Source: an uncultured Armatimonadetes bacterium
Lineage (GTDB): Bacteria > Armatimonadota > UBA5829 > DTJY01
Length of the DNA stretch: 64,000 bases
Assembly: GCA_963717145.1 (NCBI GenBank)
Contig: OY970325.1
Coordinates: forward strand, 2,432,001-2,496,000
Direction: 5' to 3'
Both the position numbers and the translations under genes were made by a program. Positions 50,244 to 61,453 of the stretch are shown piece after piece (position 1 is the first letter of the stretch; every line of letters begins with the position of its first letter). The notes under the pieces were generated by a model, which ran no database searches, was not told the origin of the DNA, and was given only the letters and a program-made list of their open reading frames with translations.

Positions 50244-53200
50244 CTAGTTGAACTCCTTTGCATAGAATCTGGGACATATAGCCTCATAGTAGACGTCGGT
50301 GTTACCCGACCGGGTGCTCGTCCAGAACACCCACAGCTTGCTGAAGAAGGGATCGGAGTCCCTTATGGCACACACCTGCCCCTCGTTGGCGACCTCACTT
50401 GTGAGGTTGCCGAAGGAGTTGCCGTGCGCATCGAGTTCCTCGGTGAGCCGCACAGTGAGGGCCAGCGGCTCGTCATAATCGTTGCCCGCCGCGTCCGGAT
50501 ACGTGACCATGAACGTCTTGCCCTCATCGACACCCGTGAAATAGAGCCGCCCCTTCGCCCAGTCGATCTCCACCGGCCCGGCGGGCTCATCCGGCGACTT
50601 GCTGTCGTTCGGATCCTTGGCAAACTGGATGTCAGCGCCGGCGTTCTTCGCTATCCGGCCGGTCAACTGCATGGTATAGCGGAACGACTTGTAGTAGATG
50701 CTCGTCCCCTTCGTCACCGTTGACGGTCGTCGCCACAGCACCCAGAGGCGATCCACCGTTGCATTGCCGCCCGTCCATGGGGTCGGGAACCAGAAATCTC
50801 CGGGGACCACGCTATACCTCGGGTTGAAACCGCCGTCGAAGAGCGAGTACGGACTGGTGTCGGCCGCTTGATCGGTCGTGAGACGATATGCCCGAGGTCT
50901 GTACGTCGCCGTAACGACGGCGCTCGGGCCCGGGTCGCGGAGGAACTTGACCGTCCCGGCCTCGGTATCGACGATCACCGTGCGGAACAGCGTCTTGAGT
51001 GCCGCTTCCCCGATAGCGCCCCCGGTGTATGTGAAAATCCGCGCGCGTGTCTGCGGGTCGCGAGTATTCGCATAATCAACGTCGCTCGAATCCCTGTTGA
51101 TCCTAAGCGGTGTGGCAAAACTCGGTCCGCTGACCCAGACCTCGAATTCGTCGGTGTCGGGCTCCCAGTCAACGTGCCTGCTGCTGAAGATCGCGGATGC
51201 CGGATCGCGAGTAAGCATCTCTCCGTCGATGAGGGGCATGCTCACCAGGTCCAACTCCACCGTCCCGTTTGTTATAGCTTTCATGTCAGGCTCATAGCGG
51301 CTCAGATAGATATCCGCATTCTTGTGGTACTGCGAATACGCCGAGTAGACGACTTCCAGTGCGTCTATCGGGTCTCCGTCCGCGTCGAGCGCCCGCCTCG
51401 GGATGATGGACGGTTCGGCGGCGGACACTAGCCCTCTCGGAAGCGACAGCCTGCCGTCGTTCGACCAGGAGTCTTCCTCGCCGAATGGCTTGCCGGGGAG
51501 AGGATTCGCATTATAGTAGATACGCCAATTGCTGTTATTACCGCCATACCAGAAGGTCCACAAGGTGCGCTGACCTTCGATGGTCGTGGCCGCGCCTTTG
51601 ACGCCGTACTTCGGCATGGTCCAGTCACGGGTGCTCGAGAAGGCGCTCCCGGTTGGGTTGCCCTGCGCGTCGAGCAGCCAGTAGAACGACTTGTACTCGT
51701 GGGCCTTTGTTTCGGGCGCGGACGCGGTTGCCGGTACCGACCGGACAGCCTCGCCGCCGAAGAACAGCCACGTCGGCAGAGGGCTGTTTGTCGAATCCAT
51801 CGCCGGATCGTGCGCGATCGACGGACTGCTGAACTTCACCGAACTCGCCATAACGGTTCCCGGCCCGCCATTGAAGAAGCTGGCGAGGGCAGCCGGAGTC
51901 GAGGACGGGATTGGAGTAGTGACCGGCGCCCACCACTGAGTGTAACTGCTGGGCTGATTGAGGTTCCAGCCGCTGTTCTGAATCATGCTGGAGTTATACA
52001 GATACCATGACGTGCTTGCCGCCCCTCGCGAACTCGACCAGAACATGTGGAGATTGCCGGCGAGATCCTTGTAGGCAGCCGGAGTCACATCTCCGGCCGA
52101 CAAGTTCGGCGCCGGTATATCGACTTGTGGCGCTGCACCCGGGAGGTAGCCATCCGTGAGCCGGTTCTCGGTCACGGTGATCTTGGCCTCCATCAGCGGG
52201 TTGCCGATCGATTCATTGGGCTCATAGATATCATTGCCGTTCATATCATCGAACAGAGTGAGTGTCCGGGAATACGTGCCGACCGGCGTGCCCACCGGGA
52301 CTGCCACGCTGAAGAATGGTTTCGGCGGAAGCACCGAGCCGTACATGCTCTTCGGCATGTCCGGAATCCTCAGGACCGTTGGCAGCGCCTGTTCCACAGT
52401 AGACTTGTGCAACGTCCGAGAACTCAGACCCATGATAGGCTGGACATCGTTGAGGAACGGCTGATCGAGCGCGCTCACGACAGCGGCGGCCGGTATGTAG
52501 GAGCCGTAGGGACGCCATATATGGCCTGCAGTATCGTACCAGACGCTGCCCTCTGCTATATCGCTGAACAGGTCGAGAGTATACAGATCACCGTTCTGCT
52601 GCCTTGCGCGTCTCGCCAACTGCACGTTGAGCAGATTGACGTTTCCCTGATTGTAGGCCGTGAACGGCTTGAACCACTGATCGAAGAACCCCCGCGCCGT
52701 CCCCGCGCCCGGCAGATGCGCGTTGTCACCGAGTACGTTGTAGAACACCCCCGGCAGCGCGGCGCCACCGGTCAGGCCGAAGCCGTGCGGAACCGCGCCG
52801 ATATCGAAAGTCTTTTCGCCGACCTCCACGCGATAGTCGGGTGGGACATGGACCTGAGTGTTGAATTCACGATACGCCTCAGCCCTGGCGCCCGTGACGC
52901 TCTGCTGGTAGAGGACCGACGAGCCGAGTGAACCCGGTCGGTTGAGCCGCCCGTCGCCGTTCGAATCGATGAAGGCGTACACCCTTCCGGTGTATCCCGT
53001 GGCGCTCAGTACCGTGTCACTGGTGTTGTACGGCATCGGCATGTTGGGCGGTTGGAACCGTGGAACGGAGATGACCTCCCCCATGGGAGTGGCCTGAACG
53101 TTCCATGGAGTAGCCACATCCGGGACTACAGTCGCCCCTCCGGGCCTCAGCGTGGACTCCTCCAAGGTCGGATCGAGCCGGCTCTCCGCCATGGTGAAAT

Positions 53201-56200
53201 TCACCTGGCGACCACGGATGTCCGGATAGTCCAGACTCGTATTCGCCCCGAACAGCGGGGGTCGAACCTCCCATGGGAGAGCCGTGGAACTGCCGGCGAC
53301 GTGCCAGATCTGGTTCTCGCCGCCCGTCCATTCCAGGTCGTTGCGCTCGACTCTGAACTTCGAGAGCCTGTTGCCCGTGAGACTCAGAAGGCTTCGATCG
53401 CAGGGAAGGATCAGGCGCTCGTCGGAGTTGGTGCCGTGCGCCACCAGGTCGCCCGACGCTCCACGCACCCAGGGCCGGTTGCCACGGTTTCCGTTGTCGT
53501 GGACCGGAGAGCCCATGTCATCTTTGGCGCGGTCCGTCTTATATGTCAGCGGCAAGGTGCCGGGGTCCACACCGACGAGGTGTTGTACGCCACTCGGGTC
53601 AACGTATGCGAGACCGAGCGGATTGTTGATGGATATCCGCTGCGGCTGGAACTTGGCGTGATCGTATACCGGTGGCAGATTCGGGTCCACGGGATCCGGT
53701 TTCGTCGGAAGCGTGCCGTCTTTTAGGAGTTCGGGGGCCACGCAATCGCCCGCAGTCCCGCCCTTGTTTATGCTGCCGGTCTTTGTGCTCGGCAACTCCT
53801 GGACGCTGATCGTGATCCGGCTGCCCGGCGCCTGTGCGCTGCTGCTCGAGGACGTCCCGAGCACGTATGCGTACTTGGCGTAGAACACCGGCTTGCCGGT
53901 CTTAGTGTCCAGGAACGAGCCCTTCTCAGTCATCGTGAGAGCTGTGGACTGATCGCTCTGATCCCCCGGGCCACGGCTCTTGATGGTGAGCCTGAGCGTG
54001 CTGTCAGTCTCGAGCGTGAACTTGTCGCCAAGCTTGCCCTTCACCCATTTGGTGTCCGGATCAGTTGATGCGGGATCATTCGGATCGAGACAGCTCCAGG
54101 CGATGACATAGCAGGTCTCGCCCCACTCGTACGGGAACGACAGGCGATGGTTGTGCTGCGGCTGATATGTGGGCGGGCCCTCCACTTCGGCGCGCGAAAC
54201 CTTGTGCAGGTCGGCATCCGCGATGATGCTGGTTGGAAGCTCTATGCCTGTCTTCACGGCGTCGAACTCGGCTCGGCGGAAGATGTCGACCTCGACCTGC
54301 GACAGGATGTCACTTTCACTCGACTCATCGTCTCCCGGTGGCCCGTCCGGATCGATGTCGTAGTTCCAGCCCTCTGCGCCGCCGCCCGGGCCGCCGGTGG
54401 TTCGGGTAGAGAAAGCCCAGGTGATGCCGGACATGTCGCCCACGAATATCCTGTCCTCGGCGATTGCGGGAGAAGATACCACAGCGCCCAGTAGGCCGTA
54501 CTTCCAAAGCTTCGTGCCATAGCGAAGGTTTATGCCGTGCAGTGTGCCGCCCTGATTGCCTACAAACGCCATCGGCGTTCCTGCGGAGGTCACCTGCACG
54601 CCCGCGGGGCTCGAGTAGATCTCGCTGACAAGATCGGGGAAGCCATCGGCCCATCCAGTAATGGGCCTGCCGGCCAGCGCATCCAGGCCGATCAAGGAGC
54701 CATCCGACGATCCGATCGCCATCGTGTTGTCATCGAACATGAGAGGCGACGACCACAGGAACGAGCCTCGGGCCTCCTCGCCCAACGCGGGATCGGGATA
54801 TACCCATTCCTGGGCGCCTGTGTTCTTGTTCAGGCAGACGATGTGTCCGGCCGTATCCGAGGTTACGGTAGTGGGAGGCACAAATGCGTCGCTTCCGATG
54901 CCGAAGTAGAGTTTGTCGCCATAGACCGCGATGGTGCTCGATATCTGGCCGAGTACATCAGGCGGAGTGGTGACGGGGTCTGCAGGCGGCGTCGGGTAGA
55001 TCCATTTTTCGGTACATGTGTTGCCTCGGTCGGTCACCGCATATACGCGGCCGTCCGCCGACCCGATATAGATCGTGTTGCCGTCGACCGTCGGAGATGC
55101 CTCGATGCGTCCGATGGGACCCCTCTTCTTCGCGTCCAGGTCATTCGGGTCCGGATAGACCCAGACCGGATCGTGGTTGTTCGGACTGCTGACGTCAAAG
55201 CAGTAGAGCCTGCCACTGGTGCTCCCAATGTAGACTCTCTCTCCGTTGGAACTGACGGCCGGCGACGACATGTCGAACACGCCGAGGTGCGCGGGAACGA
55301 CCTTGATCGCGTCGGCGGCCACCCATCTCTCGCCAACCGATGGATCATTCACGGAGGTAACATTCGACAACTCGACCTTCACCTTGAGGTTGTCGGCGTT
55401 GGTCTTGTACTTGCCCAGGAATGCCCAGGTTCCGCCACTGGCCTGCTGGCTGATCGTGACGTCAACCGGAGTCTCCGCACCGACGGTGATGGTGTACTTA
55501 GCATCGGAGACAAAGACCTCGGCGGTGGTCGACGGCGGGATCCATGCGTAGATCGAGTACTCGTCTTTGTTCTTGACGGTTATGCCATCCCACGTAGCCG
55601 TTCCGCCGGAGTTGGCCTTCACCTGCTTGAAGTCATCGCCCTGAAATCCCGGGTGAAAACCGTTGACCCAGCCTGGAGCAGTGGGGTCGTCGTCGATATA
55701 GCCGGGACCCTGCCAGACAATGCGCGACGAGTCAGGCATATTGATGGGCCTGGACGTCGTGCGGATCACGTACAGCTGGCCGTCCAGCGCAGGACAATAC
55801 GCAACTTTGATCCCACCGATATCCCCGGTCACAGGAGAGGCGGAGAACCCGCCGGCAATCCAGTTATCGGTGTTGAACGGGAAATTCCACTGCGCGAACC
55901 CTCGGTCGTCCTTCCCTACGGTGGCAGCATCGTCTTCCGACGCAACGCCGTACACCGCCCCGACACGCTTCGCTCCCGACTGGATGACCTTCTTCGTGGT
56001 CCCGATGGGACTGCCGTTCTCGTCGATCAGCGGGACATCGGTGGTCACCGTCTGGAGCGGCCGGTTCTCGGTCACGCACGTGATCACGAGATCGTCCCAG
56101 TTCTGGGCGACGGGGTCCTCACCTGTCGTATGGGCCGGGGAGGAAAGCACGCTGCCGAGATCCTGCCTGAGAGTGACTCCGTCCGCAATCACGATCCCGT

Positions 56201-56894
56201 CCGCGCCGGCACTGGTCAGAGACACCCTGATGTACTGGTCGTCGCGCACCATGAATGCACTGCTCGACAGCACCATCCAACTGCCGCCGGACGTCTGATC
56301 GACAGTGAAAACCTGCGACGACACGACAGCACCAGCAGGGTAAGGGTCGCTCAGGATCTCCACCGTATAGCGCGCATTCGTTGCCTGCTTCTTCTGACCG
56401 GGATACTGGTCCGCATAGGTCTGTGACGGGAACCAGACGTACACGTAATACGCCACCAGCGCGCCCTTCTGCCCCTCTATCTCCGGAGTACCCGGATTGT
56501 CCGCCAGCGGGAAGCTCCAGGTGGCCGTAGCGCCGGAGCCTGGTTGCGCCCACCAGAAGTCTCCCTGGTACGCATTCGGACCGATCGTAGAATCGGCTGG
56601 GGTCCATGCACCCGTCGTGACGAAGAGTGGACGGCCTTGGTAATCCGTATCCTGCCTAAGCCGGGGGGGGTCCAGATCGTTGTTGAGGAAATCGTTGTCG
56701 ACCGCACTGACCCCGTTCTCAGGAGCGGGGAAGACCCATATCGGCGCCGGGTCAGTTCCCGCAAGCGCTCCGTCCTCCGCCCTGCCCGTCCGAGCCGTGT
56801 CGTGGCGATACATCGGCCAGATGCTGGCCTGTACGACCACCGCTACGGTGAGCAGCAGCATGACTATCAAGAATGCTTTGAGTCGTATCTTCAT
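50244..56894 (-). CDS. giant (about 2216 aa) secreted protein with PQQ/BamB-like propeller repeats and two golvesin-like beta-sandwich modules; PilY1-like adhesin candidate
   Basis: Signal peptide MKIRLKAFLIVMLLLTVAVVVQA; WPMYRHDTARTG; repeated SSPA...YIGS.DG.VY...W motifs; two ATW...Y.W.P...A.YT...Q..GG.W...AD modules. Confidence 0.75.
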   Translation of the reverse strand: MKIRLKAFLIVMLLLTVAVVVQASIWPMYRHDTARTGRAEDGALAGTDPAPIWVFPAPENGVSAVDNDFLNNDLDPPRLRQDTDYQGRPLFVTTGAWTPADSTIGPNAYQGDFWWAQPGSGATATWSFPLADNPGTPEIEGQKGALVAYYVYVWFPSQTYADQYPGQKKQATNARYTVEILSDPYPAGAVVSSQVFTVDQTSGGSWMVLSSSAFMVRDDQYIRVSLTSAGADGIVIADGVTLRQDLGSVLSSPAHTTGEDPVAQNWDDLVITCVTENRPLQTVTTDVPLIDENGSPIGTTKKVIQSGAKRVGAVYGVASEDDAATVGKDDRGFAQWNFPFNTDNWIAGGFSASPVTGDIGGIKVAYCPALDGQLYVIRTTSRPINMPDSSRIVWQGPGYIDDDPTAPGWVNGFHPGFQGDDFKQVKANSGGTATWDGITVKNKDEYSIYAWIPPSTTAEVFVSDAKYTITVGAETPVDVTISQQASGGTWAFLGKYKTNADNLKVKVELSNVTSVNDPSVGERWVAADAIKVVPAHLGVFDMSSPAVSSNGERVYIGSTSGRLYCFDVSSPNNHDPVWVYPDPNDLDAKKRGPIGRIEASPTVDGNTIYIGSADGRVYAVTDRGNTCTEKWIYPTPPADPVTTPPDVLGQISSTIAVYGDKLYFGIGSDAFVPPTTVTSDTAGHIVCLNKNTGAQEWVYPDPALGEEARGSFLWSSPLMFDDNTMAIGSSDGSLIGLDALAGRPITGWADGFPDLVSEIYSSPAGVQVTSAGTPMAFVGNQGGTLHGINLRYGTKLWKYGLLGAVVSSPAIAEDRIFVGDMSGITWAFSTRTTGGPGGGAEGWNYDIDPDGPPGDDESSESDILSQVEVDIFRRAEFDAVKTGIELPTSIIADADLHKVSRAEVEGPPTYQPQHNHRLSFPYEWGETCYVIAWSCLDPNDPASTDPDTKWVKGKLGDKFTLETDSTLRLTIKSRGPGDQSDQSTALTMTEKGSFLDTKTGKPVFYAKYAYVLGTSSSSSAQAPGSRITISVQELPSTKTGSINKGGTAGDCVAPELLKDGTLPTKPDPVDPNLPPVYDHAKFQPQRISINNPLGLAYVDPSGVQHLVGVDPGTLPLTYKTDRAKDDMGSPVHDNGNRGNRPWVRGASGDLVAHGTNSDERLILPCDRSLLSLTGNRLSKFRVERNDLEWTGGENQIWHVAGSSTALPWEVRPPLFGANTSLDYPDIRGRQVNFTMAESRLDPTLEESTLRPGGATVVPDVATPWNVQATPMGEVISVPRFQPPNMPMPYNTSDTVLSATGYTGRVYAFIDSNGDGRLNRPGSLGSSVLYQQSVTGARAEAYREFNTQVHVPPDYRVEVGEKTFDIGAVPHGFGLTGGAALPGVFYNVLGDNAHLPGAGTARGFFDQWFKPFTAYNQGNVNLLNVQLARRARQQNGDLYTLDLFSDIAEGSVWYDTAGHIWRPYGSYIPAAAVVSALDQPFLNDVQPIMGLSSRTLHKSTVEQALPTVLRIPDMPKSMYGSVLPPKPFFSVAVPVGTPVGTYSRTLTLFDDMNGNDIYEPNESIGNPLMEAKITVTENRLTDGYLPGAAPQVDIPAPNLSAGDVTPAAYKDLAGNLHMFWSSSRGAASTSWYLYNSSMIQNSGWNLNQPSSYTQWWAPVTTPIPSSTPAALASFFNGGPGTVMASSVKFSSPSIAHDPAMDSTNSPLPTWLFFGGEAVRSVPATASAPETKAHEYKSFYWLLDAQGNPTGSAFSSTRDWTMPKYGVKGAATTIEGQRTLWTFWYGGNNSNWRIYYNANPLPGKPFGEEDSWSNDGRLSLPRGLVSAAEPSIIPRRALDADGDPIDALEVVYSAYSQYHKNADIYLSRYEPDMKAITNGTVELDLVSMPLIDGEMLTRDPASAIFSSRHVDWEPDTDEFEVWVSGPSFATPLRINRDSSDVDYANTRDPQTRARIFTYTGGAIGEAALKTLFRTVIVDTEAGTVKFLRDPGPSAVVTATYRPRAYRLTTDQAADTSPYSLFDGGFNPRYSVVPGDFWFPTPWTGGNATVDRLWVLWRRPSTVTKGTSIYYKSFRYTMQLTGRIAKNAGADIQFAKDPNDSKSPDEPAGPVEIDWAKGRLYFTGVDEGKTFMVTYPDAAGNDYDEPLALTVRLTEELDAHGNSFGNLTSEVANEGQVCAIRDSDPFFSKLWVFWTSTRSGNTDVYYEAICPRFYAKEFN

Positions 56895-56907
56895 TTCGGA
56901 TACACCT

Positions 56908-57034
56908 TGTAGTGGCCGTGCCTCTGTGCCGGCCATATCGCCGTCCGGAGACACCTGCCACATGATCCACTGGCCGGCACGGAGGCACGGCCACTACACT
57001 TCACTGGAGCCGGCACGGGAGCACGGCCATCACA
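56908..57034. repeat. family A REP pair plus a third degenerate arm
   Basis: Arms at 56908-56935 and 56971-56998; degenerate copy at 57009-57034. Confidence 0.88.
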
Positions 57035-57038
57035 CGTC

Positions 57039-60000
57039 CTACTGAAGCAGTCTTTCCGCGCTTGCCGGCTGCTCCAGAAGAGAATACTGATCTTGTCCGG
57101 CCGAGATCTGTCTGCGCCCAATCTGCAGGCGGTTGTAGGATCGCAATACCATGGTGAGATCGCTGTTCAACTCGAATATCTCGCCCTTCGTCTGCGAGCC
57201 CAGACTCGATGCCTTGCTCGTCACGAGCAGGTTCCCACTCGGGAGAAGCTGAGCATATGACACCTGAATCGGCCTGGGGTGCTGCGCGACCAGGTAGCTG
57301 GCCGAATCAACCGGAGTCGGCGAACCAACGTCGAACTGCATGCAGTGGAGTCCATTCGCATCACCGATGATGTCCGTGAATGTCGTCTTGCTCTTGGACA
57401 CGCGGGTGAAGAAAGTCGGGTTGATCAGCCTTACTGTCGGCGTCGGTTCCGTTTTTGGATCTACCGGTCTGCCGTCGGATCTGTCCGCAAACCGCCGGAC
57501 ACCGTTGGGACGGATCAGCCCACCGAGGTAAGCGGGATCACTCGGAGACGCACCCACGGGCAAGTACATGTGGTCCAGGGTCACTATCGCGCCACCCGAG
57601 GTCTCGAGCCTGCTCGATTCGGGCACCAGGTTGTCGACCACGCAGATGACTTCGTCGTAGCCGTCCTCAGGGTTGAAATACTGTCGGGCGCTGATGTAAT
57701 GATACCGCTTGCCCTGCTGCAGGGTCCGACTGCTCCATCGCAGTATGGGCGGCCCGTATCGACCGATGGCCGAATTGAAGACGGAATCCACCTCGATGAC
57801 TCGGTAGTTTCCGCTATCGGTGATCAGGAAGCGATAGGCCATGGTACCGGAAGTCGGATCCATGACCGCTTTCATCCATACGTCGGTTGGCGCATTGAGC
57901 TTGTACTCCAGCGGCGAACCCGGCGGTAGGATGGGTATCCTAGGCTGTAAGGTCACTGGATCCACATCCGGGTCAAGGAATCCGGTGATCTCCACGAGCG
58001 CGTTACCGGCTCTGTCGATCAGGACTACGCGGTTGTTCCCGGTGTCGGCGACCAGTATGTTGCTGGTCCCTATACGCCGGGCCACAGCCGGCTTGTTGAA
58101 GGCAATCTTGGTGGCCGCATATGCGGGCGTAGGGGTGGGCGGCCCTTGCAGGCGAGTGCCCGTATATGAGGTCGTGCCATCGCAGGACCAGACGACGCGG
58201 CCGGCCACATCCATCTCCAGGACGCGGCGGCTGTCGGCCACCAGGGTAAGCCCGTTGCACAGGACGGCAAGCCCCTCGGGTGAACTGATGGCGATATTCC
58301 CATGAGAGCCCGCGACCGTCGAGAGGATCGGCCCACCGAGCCCGGGTTGGGCCACTTGGGGAGCCGGCGGGTTGGGATCCGGCCATATCCACCTGTAGCT
58401 GTCGGGATCCGCCGGTGCAGGCTGTCCATCCGCTGTATTCTCAGCGATGTACTGCACGTCGATCGCGTGCAGTCTGCCGTCGTTGGCCCCAACCCCGAAG
58501 TACAACGTGCTTCCCATCAGCATCGGTGATGACGTAATCGCCCCTTCGGGGATCTTCATATACCAGGCCAGGTTGTTCCAGGAATCGTCGGTGAACTGGT
58601 AGCCGCTGGGCGGCGGGAAGGCCTGATGGATCTGTTCGACTCGGGTACCCGGCCCGGACTCGGTCGGCGGGAAGAACCGCACGACCAGGTCTTGGGAAGA
58701 ACTCAGCGGGTCGAGGAAGTTCTCCATCGTGATGCGGCCCTTGTCGTAGTCGATCTTGAAAGCTACCCGGCGGCGGGACGTATCCGTACCCTCAGCCGCT
58801 CCGCTTACGGCGATCGGGTCTCGGCCGGGGTTCATGCTGTCGTATTGCAGCACCTCGACCGGACGGCGGGAGTCGATCGGCCCCCCGACGCTGATGCGGA
58901 AGACCGGATCGGCGTGGAATGCCAAGATGCATCCTCCGCTGCCGCTGTTGACCGCGTAGTAGACCATGTCGTTCCCGACTGCGGGCGAGCCTACTATCGT
59001 TGCTTGCCCTCCAATCAGGTTCATTGGACCGGGATCGCCCAGATACCAGCGCCACTTGGTGGTGATGCCCCACCCGTCTTCGATGACCGAGTAGAACGAG
59101 CCGTTCTCCGTGCCGTAGTAAAGCGCATCACTCGGAGCCGCGGCCGGAGTCGACGTAACGCCTGCGCCGGTTGGAGCCCCGGCGGTGACGATCTGGTTCT
59201 TCACATCGATCCGCTGGCGATACATCGGCGGAGGAATGGGAGTCCCGATACCGCTGGTGTCGATCTCATAGTCGGCGATCACGGATGAGCCGATCGGCAC
59301 GGGGGTCGCGACCTGGAATGTGCCTATGTCGGGCGGCGCGCAGACCGTCGCAGCTACCGGCTGGAGGCCACCGTTGGGCAGAGTAATGTACAACTGATAG
59401 GTAGGTGGATCGCCGGCACTGGCCGGCTCCTTGATGGGCATCTGGCTGTACTTCCGGATTCGATACCGGTTGACACCGCCCGGCGCCGCAGTCAGCACCT
59501 CGTTGAAAACCTTGATCGGGAAGCTGTAGATGCATCCGTTGGCGCTGTTCGGCTTGCCCCGCGAGGCCAGGTAGACCAACTGGTCCACCGACCCGGTAAT
59601 CGGGTTGCGGAAGTATCCTACCGTCGGCGAGTTCAGCGTCGGCGGAAGGTTCGGAATGGGACTGTACGGCCATCTCCACAAAGAGCCGCCGAGCAGGTCG
59701 TTACACTGCAGCCAGCCCATGCCATCTCCCACGTAGACAACACCATCGAAGTAGGTCGGCGCGGGGATGTTTATCTTACCAGGCTCGTCCTGCGGGTATG
59801 GGTTAACCGTCATGATCAGTGGAGTGCCACCGGTCAAGGGAGCGCCGGTCGTCGCTTCGAAGGCCAGGATCTTGCCGCTCATCGTGGCAACGAACACCGC
59901 CGGGATGGCCTTGCCCTTGCCGATCGTGACGTACGCCACTGTCGGAGAAGATGCAGGGCTATCGCACGGGAACATCCATACCTCGTCCCACGCCGTTCCC

Positions 60001-61270
60001 TGGGAGTAGTCCCTCAACTGCTTGGCGGGAGGATCCGAAGCGACATAATCGTCCGGGTCGCCGTCTTGAACGTACGCGCCACTGCTGCTCCGCATCGGGA
60101 GATCCTGAGCGGGCGACAAGTCGAATGCGTGAAGAAAACCGCCGGCATCGACGTAGAAAACCATGTCGTTCAGTATCGCGGGCGATGAACCGGTCGGGAG
60201 CTTCGCGGACGGCATGTCGAAGTTCCACTTGAGGGACAGAGGCGCGCCGACCTCATCGTAGGAGTAGCCGGTATGTCTGGCATCCTTGTGGAACGAGGTA
60301 TGCTCGCCGCCCCACGAAACAATATTCGACGCCGCCTTCAAATCCTCCGACGGGGCGAGCCCAGCGAGGCCGGGCGGACAGAAGCGAGGATTGCCGTTGG
60401 AACCAAAGGTACTGATCGCGTATCCGATACTCTCAGCCGATGCGACGATGTGGCCGCTGCCGTACTGGGAGGCTATCATCACGGGATTGGCGAGGCCTGC
60501 TCCAGTCCCGATCACCGTCATGAAATACATGTCACCATAGGTGGCGTACCCCACACTCCGACTTCCGGCGAAATGTGGACCCCTGCCGGCCACCTCATTG
60601 GAATCGGTCCGAGCTTGTGGAGTTCGTCCCAGGAGAGATCATACGGACGGTGTACCAGCGGGTGTACGAGGTTCGGAGCGCCCGCCCATCCGCCGCTCCC
60701 ATTGCCGAACACCAAGTCGGGCGTAATGAAGCCGCCGAGCGTCACTCCGCCGGTGGTGCAGTTCTCGACCCAAAGCATTCCTCCGGCATCGACCAGCTTG
60801 CGTAGTTTCTCCCGGTAGTGCCGGCCAAGAGCATAGTTGCCGAGCAGCACGCTGTCTCCCAGACCGACATACAGGACGTCGAACTGGGATAACTCCTTGA
60901 ATCCGGCGTCTATCTTCACTTCCCAGTAGCATCCCATGTCTTTGTTGACCTGGTCACCGAGGTTGTATGCCGTGCCACCCACTCCGGACCAGCGCACCCG
61001 GATCTCGTCGCTCACACGGGACGGCGACACCGGATTGACAAAATCCCAGCCCTGTGGCTTGACATCCGTCCGCTGGTTGAGCACGTGAAAGACGTAGGGC
61101 GCGGGCGCCGGAGTCAAGTAGGCGCCGCTCGCGTTGGGAAAGATCAACACTCCGGCCTTGATCTCCTTGCGGTGGCTCGAATATGTGAAACTCGCCGAGT
61201 CAGCGATACCGACCGCCACGACGGTCAGGAGCGCCGCGAGTATCAGGATGCATATTATCCGGTTGATCAT
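57039..61270 (-). CDS. large (about 1400 aa) secreted protein with an N-terminal DUF4159-like domain, PQQ-like repeats and NHL-like repeats; indel near 60590
   Basis: Signal peptide at 61270; REKLRKLVDAGGMLWVE; SSPAIL, TSTPA, SSPML repeats; LVADTGNNRVV and ITDSGNYRVIE; two ORFs overlap at 60518-60593. Confidence 0.7.
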
Positions 61271-61354
61271 AGTCATCACCAAAGTCGAGCCGGGCGTGCC
61301 CGGCGTGCCTCTCACTTAGTTAAACGATTCCCAGCCCACTCTTGTTCCCTCGTT

Positions 61355-61449
61355 GGAGGGCGAGGCTACGCTGTAGGGGCGTGCCTTGTGCCGCCCGACG
61401 GAGTTGCGGGCGGCACAAGGCACGCCCCTACAGCGGAGCCTCGCCCTCC
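61355..61449. repeat. nested REP: GTAGGGGCG pair inside GGAGGGCGAGGC (family C) arms
   Basis: Outer arms 61355-61372 and 61432-61449; inner 24-nt perfect arms 61373-61396 and 61408-61431. Confidence 0.88.
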
Positions 61450-61453
61450 CACA

